Shown here in pieces: positions 46,724 through 56,348 of a stretch of DNA of 64,000 nucleotides. Each line of letters starts with the position of its first letter. Position 1 is the first letter of the stretch. Origin of the DNA: a virus (lineage: Duplodnaviria > Heunggongvirae > Uroviricota > Caudoviricetes); the IMG/VR virus record IMGVR_UViG_3300042348_001285. One strand, 5' to 3'. The translations under genes were made by a program, and so were the position numbers. Below the pieces are notes generated by a model, which saw only the letters and a list, made by a program, of their open reading frames with translations, was not told where the DNA came from and did not search any database.

Positions 46724-47419
46724 TCAATCGTCCATAACCTCAAAAGTTACCTTAATGCGGGAACCCGGTGAAAGATTTCCTTCCATATCAAAATATTCCT
46801 TTGGGATTAAATTTTTGGAGTGGTCAAACATGGTCTCCAGATTCCCTAGGAATTGCAATTTTTCCCTGGTTTCTTCATCATCCCACATCTTAAGGAAAAA
46901 GGAGCTTTTTTTGACTGATGGTTTTACTGATGGTTCGTCCATGGTTGTTATGAGTGGTTCAGGAATTAAGACTTCAATTTTTACAATATCAAAGGGTGAT
47001 AATCCTGAAAAAGGGTCAATTGGATCCAGATAATGGCCGGCATAATGACCACATTGTGTATAACGCGACCCTCCTACAGAGTAAGGATAAAGCGGATTAT
47101 TAGGGGTAGTTTCAACTACACGACAATAGGAAGTCTCTGCATTACGATATGTAACAAAAACGGTTTTTCCAACAAACTTTGAAAGGTCAATAGGCATTGA
47201 TGGCCATGAGCAGTTGTGGTTCTGAACCAATTCCCTCAACTTATCCACAGTAAAACGCTCCCGGCCATACTTAGCGATGTCCCTACCCTCCAGCAGCTTC
47301 CACATCCTACGCTTGGCGCAATCCCAACTCCCATAGGCCCACGCATGGCAAGCAAGCCCGTACTGAGATCGCAGGGAGTCGGTTAGGGGGTTAAGGGGAT
47401 GGTCGAATGGTGTGGGCAT
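46724..47419 (-). CDS. protein with the same 'IDLSKFVGKTVFVTYRN' domain
   Basis: Third member of the paralogue family. Confidence 0.55.
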   Translation of the reverse strand: MPTPFDHPLNPLTDSLRSQYGLACHAWAYGSWDCAKRRMWKLLEGRDIAKYGRERFTVDKLRELVQNHNCSWPSMPIDLSKFVGKTVFVTYRNAETSYCRVVETTPNNPLYPYSVGGSRYTQCGHYAGHYLDPIDPFSGLSPFDIVKIEVLIPEPLITTMDEPSVKPSVKKSSFFLKMWDDEETREKLQFLGNLETMFDHSKNLIPKEYFDMEGNLSPGSRIKVTFEVMDD

Positions 47420-47827
47420 TGGGTTGGTTGGTTGGTTGGTCGGGGTTGGTGGGGGGTACTATAGCACGGATGCGCCACAGGTATGCCCGTGTTGTTAACA
47501 CCCCCGAAGTCAATAAGTATAAATACTTACTTAACCCTGGGGCCAATAACACCCTTCCGTACCAATCCTGGAGTCAATACCCCGAAGTCAACTACCACGC
47601 AGCGCCAACCTACCGCCACCACCACCAACCTGAGTATTCAATCCCACTCCATTGGCCGCCTGAGCACCCATTCGAGTTCCACGGAGATCATTTTGATTGT
47701 CGGGGGGACAGGGATGCTCGGGGCACCAAAGCAGCGCCCTCACCCCGTTATTATACCATGCTGGGGAGACCTTGGCAAGATGCTATCGGGAGTCGTTGAC
47801 TGTTACGGGTGAGATAAGTATTTATAC

Positions 47828-48109
47828 TCAGTGACGTTTCTTTGAGTTTCTGCCACTGTACCCACTGACTGGGATTGGGTTACCGTTTAGCTCTCTTTCA
47901 TCTGCTAAATGCCACGCTATGGCCTCTGCTATTGCGGCTAATTTTTTACGTGCTGGTTTAGTGTAGAGGTATAATCCTTCCGTTTCTTTGTTATTTGGGT
48001 CTCCTTCAATTTCGGATGTCAATTGGACAAGTTCCTGCTTAGAGTATTTTTTATAGTATGTGTTTGAAGTTGGCATTATGTTGGGGGAAAAAGAAGGGGC
48101 CATCGCCAT
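47828..48109 (-). CDS. hypothetical protein (82-93 aa)
   Basis: The start is either 48109 or 48076. Confidence 0.45.
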   Translation of the reverse strand: MAMAPSFSPNIMPTSNTYYKKYSKQELVQLTSEIEGDPNNKETEGLYLYTKPARKKLAAIAEAIAWHLADERELNGNPIPVSGYSGRNSKKRH

Positions 48110-48148
48110 GCAGCAACGACCCTACAAGTATCAATACTTAGGGCAAAA

Positions 48149-48766
48149 TCAAGGGAGCATTACAGCTTTGGTAACTGCCATGTTATGTAGAATGTCCTTA
48201 GCAATTTCCCCACAATGTGGGCACAAAGTAGCATGTTTGATCCTAGATTTGAAAATCGAAGTATTGGTATTGCTATCGCCAGAAATCAAATCTCGATTAT
48301 ACCTATAGACCGCAGTTACCAATTTAAGAACTTGACGGTGCTTGACATTATCCTTATACTTAAGGTGAACTCCCGTCATGTTTTGTAGGTTGTTAGTAAT
48401 CCGAACCTTGGGGAAAATAAAGCTGATCTCATCAATCATTTCCTGGGGAACAAAGTCCCGAATAGACTCAATAATAGCAATCTCAAGTTTGACAATTTGT
48501 TTTACTTTGGTCAGCCTATTCCTAAACTGCTCGACCCTGGATTGCTCAATGGGGTCCCACTGATTGGTTAGAGTTTCTGTAATAACTTCCGTGATTGGCT
48601 TAGCTTGTTCCAGCTCTGATTTACGTGCCAGAAGTTGTTTGTAGATGGATTCAATCTGTGTGGCTTGTGTGGTTTCCATTTTGGAGTTAGTGTGGTTGGA
48701 GCGGTTGGTGTGACCTAGTGTCTTGGGTTGAAGTTTGTTAACCTGGGGTTTAAACCCAGAAGTCAA
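48149..48766 (-). CDS. hypothetical protein with a C-terminal Cys pair (CPHC)
   Basis: The start is either 48766, overlapping the upstream stop (ATGA), or 48679. Confidence 0.5.
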   Translation of the reverse strand: MTSGFKPQVNKLQPKTLGHTNRSNHTNSKMETTQATQIESIYKQLLARKSELEQAKPITEVITETLTNQWDPIEQSRVEQFRNRLTKVKQIVKLEIAIIESIRDFVPQEMIDEISFIFPKVRITNNLQNMTGVHLKYKDNVKHRQVLKLVTAVYRYNRDLISGDSNTNTSIFKSRIKHATLCPHCGEIAKDILHNMAVTKAVMLP

Positions 48767-50142
48767 TCAATGAGGTTAAGTTGCCTAAACTGTGAGACGA
48801 CATTCCTAACAGTCTTGCTATCACTTTTAGCCACATCCCTGATAGTTTCCCGAAGAGATGATGGCTTACCAAAATAGTCATCCCCAAGGATAGCCCGCTT
48901 GTTGAGGCGATAAACAGCAAACGATACTTTAGCAATTTCACGAACTTCGTAGAATTCGGGCCCTTTTACTTTCTGGAAGAATGTTTGGGTCCCTTTGAAA
49001 TTTTTAGTCTCTTGGCAGTGATTAACTGTTCGGAAGAAATCCTTAGCAACATCTTCACCGACTGACTTACTGAGGATAGAATTAATAGAAGTTTTCAGGA
49101 AGAAGTTTCTCTTGTCTTTGTTCAAATTGTCCTCAAACTCCCGCTGCATGGAACCTTCAATTTCGGGCCATTCCTCCCTAAAAGTCTCATCAACTACATC
49201 TTGAATGGGGCGCTTTTTAGACGCTTCCATGGAAGCCTGAAGTTGTGGCAGTAGCTTCTCAATTTCTTCAAGAGAAAGGTTGTCGATTGTTTCCAGGATT
49301 GTGATAGCCGGAATTTTTTCAATCGGTTTCGCAACTACTTTCGGAACATAAATGGTTTGTTTGGGCATTGTTGATGGTTGAGGTTGTGGATGGTCTAGGG
49401 CTGGTGTTAGATGGCTATTAGTTGCTCCCTGTAACCTGAGGAACTCGTTATGCACAAAAGTTGGTAACTCCTCGCCAGAATACACTTTGACTTGCGGGAC
49501 TTCGATAGATGGCTCAGAGTCGGAAATTAGTTCGGGGGGTACTTGGGGAATCTGGCCATTAGGGTCGTAATCAGGTACAGTATCCGGATTGTAAACTCTA
49601 ATTATACACTTTTTAGTTGGTCTATCAGTTTGGGGTAATTCATTAATGATATGGACATCCCGGGTGTCCCAGATTCCAAACCCGCGATTAGAGTGAATTT
49701 TCCACCCGTTATCGAAACTAATCAGCTTACGAAAGTCTAAAGGAGATCCATCTACTTCCCAGGAAAAATTAACATTCAAACTCCCAGAAGCCCTGAAAGC
49801 CCTAACTAGAACATTCAAATTATCTGCTTGTTGCTTTAGTTTTTCTTCTTCGGAGAAATCACAGTCACGTTCATCGGGGCCGTCCACTCTTGTAACTAAG
49901 TGAACTTCTACTTTATTGGTAACCTCTCGATTTACCATCCTCAGGAAATCTGTCAGATTGCTAACTTGGAGGCGAGTGCGAATGTAGGGGTCACGAATAA
50001 TAATGCAACTACACCCTTCCAGGTATTCAGCAAAAATCCTTTTGTAACTCCATCCGGTAGAACCCTCAGGGATGTCAATAGTTTTAATGTGGTCGAGGAA
50101 ACTAGGGATGTCAATAGTTTTAATGTGGTCGAGGAAACTCAT
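48763..50142 (-). CDS. hypothetical protein (459 aa) with a duplicated N-terminal dodecapeptide
   Basis: 'SFLDHIKTIDIP' occurs twice, from a 36-bp tandem duplication at 50083-50140. Confidence 0.55.
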   Translation of the reverse strand: MSFLDHIKTIDIPSFLDHIKTIDIPEGSTGWSYKRIFAEYLEGCSCIIIRDPYIRTRLQVSNLTDFLRMVNREVTNKVEVHLVTRVDGPDERDCDFSEEEKLKQQADNLNVLVRAFRASGSLNVNFSWEVDGSPLDFRKLISFDNGWKIHSNRGFGIWDTRDVHIINELPQTDRPTKKCIIRVYNPDTVPDYDPNGQIPQVPPELISDSEPSIEVPQVKVYSGEELPTFVHNEFLRLQGATNSHLTPALDHPQPQPSTMPKQTIYVPKVVAKPIEKIPAITILETIDNLSLEEIEKLLPQLQASMEASKKRPIQDVVDETFREEWPEIEGSMQREFEDNLNKDKRNFFLKTSINSILSKSVGEDVAKDFFRTVNHCQETKNFKGTQTFFQKVKGPEFYEVREIAKVSFAVYRLNKRAILGDDYFGKPSSLRETIRDVAKSDSKTVRNVVSQFRQLNLID

Positions 50143-50292
50143 GTTGGCCGGTAATTAGGGTTGGGTTTTTGAGTAGGAGTTAAATTCAAGGGGCCATCAC
50201 CATGCAGCAACGACCCCATAGCAATCAGTGGGAGCCCTAGTCAGACCGAGGATTATCACTGTGGCCCCCTAACGGGTATGTCACTTCCTGAT

Positions 50293-51462
50293 TTAAACAG
50301 GCATTACCAAATATGTGTAACATGCCCCATCATTGGAATTAACCGGGGTCAAAACTGCTGGTGTTGTCGGGGCGTTCATTTGAATTTTAACTTTATCTGC
50401 ACCCATAACCTTAGTCTTCAGGACTTCAATTAGGTAACGCACATTAAATGCGATTGTGATTTCCGGACTATTACCAATGACCGTCAAACTCTCATTAAAT
50501 GACATCATTCCTTCGGCTTGAGCACTAATTGTGGCCCCAACCTCAGTAAACTCAAACTTGACTACATTATTATGGGCATTAGCCACAATGGCAGCTTGCT
50601 CAAGTGTAGTCAGCAGAGAAAGACGATCAAAGACAGCAACCGACTTGAAATTATCAGGAATCAACTGCCGATAGTTAGGGTATTGCCCATCTGCCAATCG
50701 GAATTGAACCTTATAGGTGCCGTACACCATGGTAACATCTTGCTTGGATACAGTGAAGGAAACCGGACTAAACTTAGGCTTAGCTCCAATAATCCTGGCA
50801 ATCTCTGCTAGGATCTTAGCGGGCATCGTAAAGTTAAATTCTGTTTCCTCAGTATCAACAATGTCATCCAAAGTCAAAACTGATAACCTGATCCCGTCCG
50901 TAGCAGCAAAAGTCAAAGAATTGCCAGCAAGTTGTAGGTTGACCCCGGTAAGGAGCATCTTGGCCTGGTCCGAACTTGCCGAAAACAGGGTACTTCCCAA
51001 ACCAGAAACAAACTCAGCAGATTGCACACCGAACGTTATTGAATCGGTAGTAATACTGGCTGTGACTGGCACACTCGGAAAATCATCTGCTGAGATCGTA
51101 TTGATCTTAACTGCTGCCCCCTTGTCCGAAGAAACCAACAACTTACCTTCAGAATCACCGGGGTCAAAACTAAGGATGACCGCCGAAGTCTTAGGCATCC
51201 CGTTTACGATATCCTTAAGGGTGGACACCGAAGCAGTAATTGAACCTGGAGACTGCACCGATGCAGCAATATCGACTGATACTTGTTTGATGAAACCGGA
51301 ATTATTTCCCAGATCATACACCGTGGCCACCAACTTACCTGTATCAGGAACAGCGGTAAGCAACACATTGAGGAGAACAGGATGCTTAGCCCGCTTATCA
51401 TAGTTCCGTGCTAGAACTTTCAAGGCTTGGCTGAAATCAGATTGGGCAACTACGGCTTTCAT
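50293..51462 (-). CDS. dnaN: DNA polymerase III beta sliding clamp (bacterial DnaN type, three-domain)
   Basis: 389 aa. 'TDGIRLSV' matches the beta-clamp TDGHRL motif. The C-terminus '..YLVMPV' is typical of DnaN. Confidence 0.8.
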   Translation of the reverse strand: MKAVVAQSDFSQALKVLARNYDKRAKHPVLLNVLLTAVPDTGKLVATVYDLGNNSGFIKQVSVDIAASVQSPGSITASVSTLKDIVNGMPKTSAVILSFDPGDSEGKLLVSSDKGAAVKINTISADDFPSVPVTASITTDSITFGVQSAEFVSGLGSTLFSASSDQAKMLLTGVNLQLAGNSLTFAATDGIRLSVLTLDDIVDTEETEFNFTMPAKILAEIARIIGAKPKFSPVSFTVSKQDVTMVYGTYKVQFRLADGQYPNYRQLIPDNFKSVAVFDRLSLLTTLEQAAIVANAHNNVVKFEFTEVGATISAQAEGMMSFNESLTVIGNSPEITIAFNVRYLIEVLKTKVMGADKVKIQMNAPTTPAVLTPVNSNDGACYTYLVMPV

Positions 51463-51714
51463 GTGACAGGGGGGTAGATGGTTTGGTGACGGTGGGCTTA
51501 AGGGGGGGGGCAGGGGTCCAAAACCCGCTACTCACAAGGTAATTATAGGGGACAGGGGGCCAAATGTCAACCCCCTTGCCCTGGGTATCGGTGTTGGTAT
51601 TGCTGGCATTGCTGGTATTGCTTGCATTGCTGGTATTCGATCAATTCTTAGCCAATTCTTAGCCAACTCGTGGTCAACTATCAATCGGCCATTAGAATTA
51701 ACGCATGGCCACAA

Positions 51715-52026
51715 TCAAACCGCTAGCATAGCCGCTAAACGGGCTGCCTGTTTCTGGCTACGGGTCTGTGCCCGGCGGCGGTATTGGGCCTTTGCAGTTG
51801 CAGCCAAGGTAGTAGCTTCAAGCAAGTTGACTGCAAGGGAGGCAGCACCGATGGCATTGGCCCACTTGAGCAGAGATGCACGATTCATGGCAACCGTGGG
51901 CCAGCCTGGCACATTATACACACCTTTAGCCACAATTTCAAGCGGCTGTTTGAGGATTTCCTGAATTTGGGCGATCGTGGTGATTTTCATGGTTGTTTTC
52001 ATGGTTGTTGCGTTCAATGAATACAA
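51715..52026 (-). CDS. hypothetical protein (103 aa)
   Basis: Intact ORF. Confidence 0.45.
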   Translation of the reverse strand: MYSLNATTMKTTMKITTIAQIQEILKQPLEIVAKGVYNVPGWPTVAMNRASLLKWANAIGAASLAVNLLEATTLAATAKAQYRRRAQTRSQKQAARLAAMLAV

Positions 52027-52408
52027 GTCCGGTGCCGCGTTCCCCGGCGTGATCGGCAGTTGGGTCGAACCGGCGCTTTGCCGATGGGTGCATTATAGGG
52101 TGGATTCCCCGAGGTGTCAACCCCCCATGCCCTGGGCATCGATGTCAACTCCCTGGGCCCCATTTGAGTCACTAGCTCAATTCCTCGAACTCCCCTAATC
52201 CGTCAAAGATGCGAATCTCTAGCGAACTACACAAAAGTAAAATAGCAGCAAAAAGGAACTCACCATGCGCAGCAAGCAGGGCTACCCCAAATCCATGCCC
52301 ATAGGACATCGTTAAAAAGCCACAGATACATGAGGTAAAATTCTGCGCCATTTGTAGCGTACCAAGCTAATGCTCTGGTGGTTTTTTGATTCATTGGGGG
52401 GATAGGGT

Positions 52409-52660
52409 TCAGGGTGCAAGTCGAAGGTAGTTAACCACATGGTTAACGAAGTAGTCATCGGTATGTCCGTTCCCGTTAATCAGAACACACTCACGAAGTC
52501 TATTCCGAATTTCACTGTGAGATACAGTGCCGTTATCGAGAAGATCAATCAGTTCTCCAGCGATGGATACGCAAAGTTCGTTTTCTTCACGAGCACTGAG
52601 GCACTGGATGCTGCCGAAGGAGGTTTCAGTCATTGAAAAGAATTCGTTTTTCATGGTCAT
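52409..52660 (-). CDS. hypothetical protein (83 aa)
   Basis: Intact ORF. Confidence 0.45.
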   Translation of the reverse strand: MTMKNEFFSMTETSFGSIQCLSAREENELCVSIAGELIDLLDNGTVSHSEIRNRLRECVLINGNGHTDDYFVNHVVNYLRLAP

Positions 52661-52853
52661 ATCATAGCATAGGGCGCACGCCTCAGGGTGCCATAGGGTG
52701 CCGCAGCATACCAGTTAGTTAGGTGTCCATCAGCCTGTCAACTTCTTTTTGAGCAAGTTACCTTGATGTCCTGGTCATTCATATCGCAATTATTGAAAAC
52801 CTCTTTGAGAATAAGGTTCCAATACTTTCGGCGGATTCGGCGTTTCATTTTGG

Positions 52854-53201
52854 TTAGATGTATGAAAAGTAAGGATTGTTAACCGAATTAACAAGGTCTA
52901 AATGCGCTTTTACTCTTTCTCTTTCGTACTCAAGGTCTATGCTATTCCATATCCCGTTAGTATGTTGATTTACCCATTGATTATACCTTCGTCGTACTGC
53001 TTCGTGTCCACCATCAGGCTCATTAGTCTCCGGGTTGTAAGACAAACAAATGAAAGTTACCCAAGTTGGTGTTTGCCAAAGAGGAATTTGCGGCCCATCT
53101 TCGCTACTATGTAAAGTAAGATTGAAACTCACTTCAGGAGTCCTCCTGATAACGAAATACTTTGGCAAACTCCTCTGCAGCTTCAAATGATGCTTCTGCA
53201 A
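52854..53201 (-). CDS. hypothetical protein (115 aa)
   Basis: Intact ORF. Confidence 0.45.
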   Translation of the reverse strand: MQKHHLKLQRSLPKYFVIRRTPEVSFNLTLHSSEDGPQIPLWQTPTWVTFICLSYNPETNEPDGGHEAVRRRYNQWVNQHTNGIWNSIDLEYERERVKAHLDLVNSVNNPYFSYI

Positions 53202-53331
53202 TAAACTTGAAGACTAACCTTCGTCCCTCTTCAGTAGTGGATGTGGCATTAGCCATTGAAACTGAACTCAACCACTTAATATAGAGCGTCTGACCCAAAT
53301 CAACAAAGCGGTTTTGAGAAAATTCAGTCAT
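53134..53331 (-). CDS. hypothetical protein (65 aa), overlapping the downstream gene by about 68 nt
   Basis: Intact ORF. Confidence 0.35.
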   Translation of the reverse strand: MTEFSQNRFVDLGQTLYIKWLSSVSMANATSTTEEGRRLVFKFIAEASFEAAEEFAKVFRYQEDS

Positions 53332-53440
53332 TGGTTTTGTGTATGAGGGGGTTGTTCTGGGGACAATAGGTTGAACGGATCCATTATAGCAAGAAGCGTG
53401 TTACTCTGGGGCAACGTGCCAGTTGGTCAAGCGTCTTCAA

Positions 53441-54253
53441 TCACTTAAAGGTATTATCGGAAAGTGAAAGAACGTTAGCGCCGTTAATTAGGATCTTCTG
53501 AATGCTACCATTCTTCATCGCTTCACGAAGAACTTCAAGGCGTTGATACTCAAGAGATTGTGCCGTCACAGTAGATGCTAGTGCCCTGTTTTCCTCTGCT
53601 TTGAGTTGTGCAGTCTGCGTCTTAACTTGCTGTTCTTTATTCGCAGATTGTGCTGCAACCACACGGTTGATAGATTCAACAAGAGTATCAGGAAGGTCTG
53701 CCTTACCTACGATGATGGAATCAATGGTGATCTTACCTTCAAGACCATTTTTCTTCAAGGCATCAGAAAGATTGGCTTTAATTGAGTCTTGAACTTGACC
53801 AAGGCTGCTGTTTACAACCAAAGCCGGGAATTCGTCTACAGATTGGTTTACAGCAGAAGTAATCAGGCGAGCAATGTAACTACTCATAAGTTGAACTTGG
53901 TTACCATCACTAATCGCATGATTAGTCATATCATAACCAGTATAAAACTCATAAAGAGAAGTAGGGTTGATACTGTAGGTTACAGTCACATCCATCTCTT
54001 TCATAATGGTGTTGTCTTTAGTTTTGGGGCGAAGGTCATTTGCCGTTACCGTAATCTTACGTGTATTGAAGACTTTGATGCTACCAAAGCCATCATATTT
54101 AATTCCAGGTGTAAGAACTTCATTCTTCACCTGGCCATCAAAACCTACGAATAGGCCATTTTCACCAGTGCTAATTGTGGTGAATTGTCCTGCCGTAAGT
54201 GCAAGAACAATGACACCAGCGCCAAGACCGATACCGACTTTTGCGAGAGACAT
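53441..54253 (-). CDS. SPFH/band-7 (prohibitin/HflKC-like) membrane protein
   Basis: An N-terminal TM segment 'VGIGLGAGVIVLALTAG' is followed by an about 200-aa SPFH-like region and a C-terminal coiled coil (QQVKTQTAQLKAEENRA). Confidence 0.5.
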   Translation of the reverse strand: MSLAKVGIGLGAGVIVLALTAGQFTTISTGENGLFVGFDGQVKNEVLTPGIKYDGFGSIKVFNTRKITVTANDLRPKTKDNTIMKEMDVTVTYSINPTSLYEFYTGYDMTNHAISDGNQVQLMSSYIARLITSAVNQSVDEFPALVVNSSLGQVQDSIKANLSDALKKNGLEGKITIDSIIVGKADLPDTLVESINRVVAAQSANKEQQVKTQTAQLKAEENRALASTVTAQSLEYQRLEVLREAMKNGSIQKILINGANVLSLSDNTFK

Positions 54254-54292
54254 GATTAAGGGGGGGGTAGTTAAGGGGGGGGTAAAGAACAA

Positions 54293-54598
54293 TTAGTCAG
54301 ATGTTACGCCTGCGTATATAAACGCAATCGCAACAAAGAGTAGAAAAGCGAGAGGAATCATCTTAAGAAAGAACAACACTGGTAGTCCTCTCAAAAGAAG
54401 AATGTAGAGTAGAGAAGCTACTCCGATAGAGATACCTATAATTCGGATTACCATTTTCAATTGTAAGTGCAGAGTTGTGCCATGTGCTTTAGTTGGATGG
54501 AACAAAGATTGCGAATGTTGATTTTCATAAGAGTTCGTGGTTGTTTGGACTGAAGCCAGTATAGCGGGGATTTGGGAGACAAGGTGCCATAACCACAA
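54293..54598 (-). CDS. small two-TM membrane protein adjacent to the SPFH gene
   Basis: 'IIGISIGVASLLYILLL...MIPLAFLLFVAIAFIYAGV'. Confidence 0.45.
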   Translation of the reverse strand: MWLWHLVSQIPAILASVQTTTNSYENQHSQSLFHPTKAHGTTLHLQLKMVIRIIGISIGVASLLYILLLRGLPVLFFLKMIPLAFLLFVAIAFIYAGVTSD

Positions 54599-54601
54599 CA
54601 G

Positions 54602-54811
54602 TCAAGACAACCCCCAGACCCTGCCCACATCCCCAACCATCTTCACAATTGAATCAGCATTGGATTCTTCCGGTGTTAAAATAACGGATGTCCTGCTGTC
54701 AGCAAGTACCAAATCGCCGTCAAAATTGAAAGACAGGTATAAGCCGGGAATCAAACAAAGTTCCCCGTGGTGATCCCCGTGATTCAAAAAGTGTTCAATT
54801 TTGTCTTTCAT
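54602..54811 (-). CDS. hypothetical protein (69 aa)
   Basis: Intact ORF. Confidence 0.4.
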   Translation of the reverse strand: MKDKIEHFLNHGDHHGELCLIPGLYLSFNFDGDLVLADSRTSVILTPEESNADSIVKMVGDVGRVWGLS

Positions 54812-54833
54812 GGCTGGTTGCGGCTAGTTAAAA

Positions 54834-55052
54834 TTACGGTAAGTTCAAAATCTGGAGCAACATCTTTAACTCAATTCGTTCCCCATCATTATAATTACCG
54901 TAGAACCCTTTAAATCTATCGAAAGCACCCATTTGGACTGCAATACTAACAGCAGACAGGTAGGATACTTTACCGTGAGGATCAATAACCATGAGCAATT
55001 GCCCTGGCGGGATCTTATCGGCTTTAACTAAGGGTTGATCGGAAAATTCCAT
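54834..55052 (-). CDS. hypothetical protein (72 aa)
   Basis: Intact ORF. Confidence 0.4.
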   Translation of the reverse strand: MEFSDQPLVKADKIPPGQLLMVIDPHGKVSYLSAVSIAVQMGAFDRFKGFYGNYNDGERIELKMLLQILNLP

Positions 55053-55109
55053 GGTTTTTGAGGTTGTGAACTGAGGTTGTGAACTAATGGCCCCTAATTA
55101 AGCAGGATC

Positions 55110-55379
55110 CTATACGCTACCAACCACCCCTATGTACCGATCAAATTCGTCCATGAAAGCAGTAACGTCATCCTCACAAGAAGAATCAGGATTCACCCAA
55201 TCAAGTTCAACTTTCCGACTGACATTTTCTGAGAAAATCAAATCAAACTTAGCTTCCCAAGATAGGTTAGAGTCGAAGATCTTCCTAGCCTCATTGTAGA
55301 TTAAATGAAGCTCATCGAAGGTTGGTTGGTTTGTCATTGGTTTTGGTAGGGAGTGGTTGTTGGCTGGTAGTGAACCCAT
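55110..55379 (-). CDS. hypothetical protein (89 aa)
   Basis: Intact ORF. Confidence 0.45.
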   Translation of the reverse strand: MGSLPANNHSLPKPMTNQPTFDELHLIYNEARKIFDSNLSWEAKFDLIFSENVSRKVELDWVNPDSSCEDDVTAFMDEFDRYIGVVGSV

Positions 55380-55419
55380 CTTATCACAGTGCCGGGGTCA
55401 GTGTCAACCCCTCATATCT

Positions 55420-56094
55420 TTAACCCAGCAGCAAGCACGATGCCGAAGCATCGTCAACCCATAGGGTTTCCAGATCATAGACAGAATTTGGCTTGCCTTC
55501 TTCCAAGGTAACTCCAAGGTTCCCCGTATAGTAGTTACTGGTTACCCTAGCCACTGTGCCTATGGGCTTTACTGTCTTTTTCTTTTGCCTCCTGTAAACA
55601 GTTTGCCCCTTCAAATATGAATATCCATTAGGATCACATCTGACAGGGCTATCACTAACTTTGGTGTACCCTTCGATATTGACCCCCTTAGTCTCACCAT
55701 CGGCACAATTTGTTTGTTTATTGCCTTTCCTGTTTCTATAGGGTCGGTCACCATTACCCTTCCTAAAGTTACATCCCGCGCACATTGGTTGGAGATTATT
55801 AAGGCTGTCACCACCCCCTTTAGACTTGGGAACAATATGATCAACAGTCAATGGATAAAGATCTTCAGTATAAACATCCCAATGTCTCCCACCACGGCCT
55901 TTACCCAATACTAACCTAGACCCAACTTTGCCGCAAGTTACGCAAGTACACCCTTTGTTTGCAAAAACTCTTAGGCGCGGATGGGAACTAAATGATGGCA
56001 AACTTAATTTCTCAATTGGGGTCTCCCTGAGGACAATATAGTTAAAAATCTGGGTCTTTGCGGTCAGGTTAACCCTTGTGGCTACGGCACCCAT
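55420..56094 (-). CDS. HNH endonuclease
   Basis: 'CTCVTCGK...HWDV...LTVDHIVPKSKGGGDSLNNLQPMCAGCN' carries the Cys and His/Asn residues of the HNH motif. Confidence 0.8.
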   Translation of the reverse strand: MGAVATRVNLTAKTQIFNYIVLRETPIEKLSLPSFSSHPRLRVFANKGCTCVTCGKVGSRLVLGKGRGGRHWDVYTEDLYPLTVDHIVPKSKGGGDSLNNLQPMCAGCNFRKGNGDRPYRNRKGNKQTNCADGETKGVNIEGYTKVSDSPVRCDPNGYSYLKGQTVYRRQKKKTVKPIGTVARVTSNYYTGNLGVTLEEGKPNSVYDLETLWVDDASASCLLLG

Positions 56095-56225
56095 CACTTC
56101 ACCCCCAACTTAACCAGCAGGCAAGTACGGCGAGCCCTAGCGGCCTTAGCCGCCTGTGGCTTACGTTTGCCCTTGGATTTACGACCCTTCTCACGGGGTC
56201 CCAGTTTGCTGTGGTTGCTGGTCAT
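56094..56225 (-). CDS. small basic ORF (43 aa) translationally coupled to the HNH gene (TGATG overlap)
   Basis: A TATAAT promoter at about 56245 is followed by 'MTSNHSKLGPREKGRKSKGKRKPQAAKAARARRTCLLVKLGVK'. Confidence 0.35.
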   Translation of the reverse strand: MTSNHSKLGPREKGRKSKGKRKPQAAKAARARRTCLLVKLGVK

Positions 56226-56348
56226 GGCATTAGCGGTCCGATACTTGTGTATTATAGTGCGTGGGAGTGGCTTTGTCAACCCCCCTGACACTGCGGCAAC
56301 AACCCCTAGCCTTGACCCTGTGGCCACAACTATGGGGGCCAAACCCCA

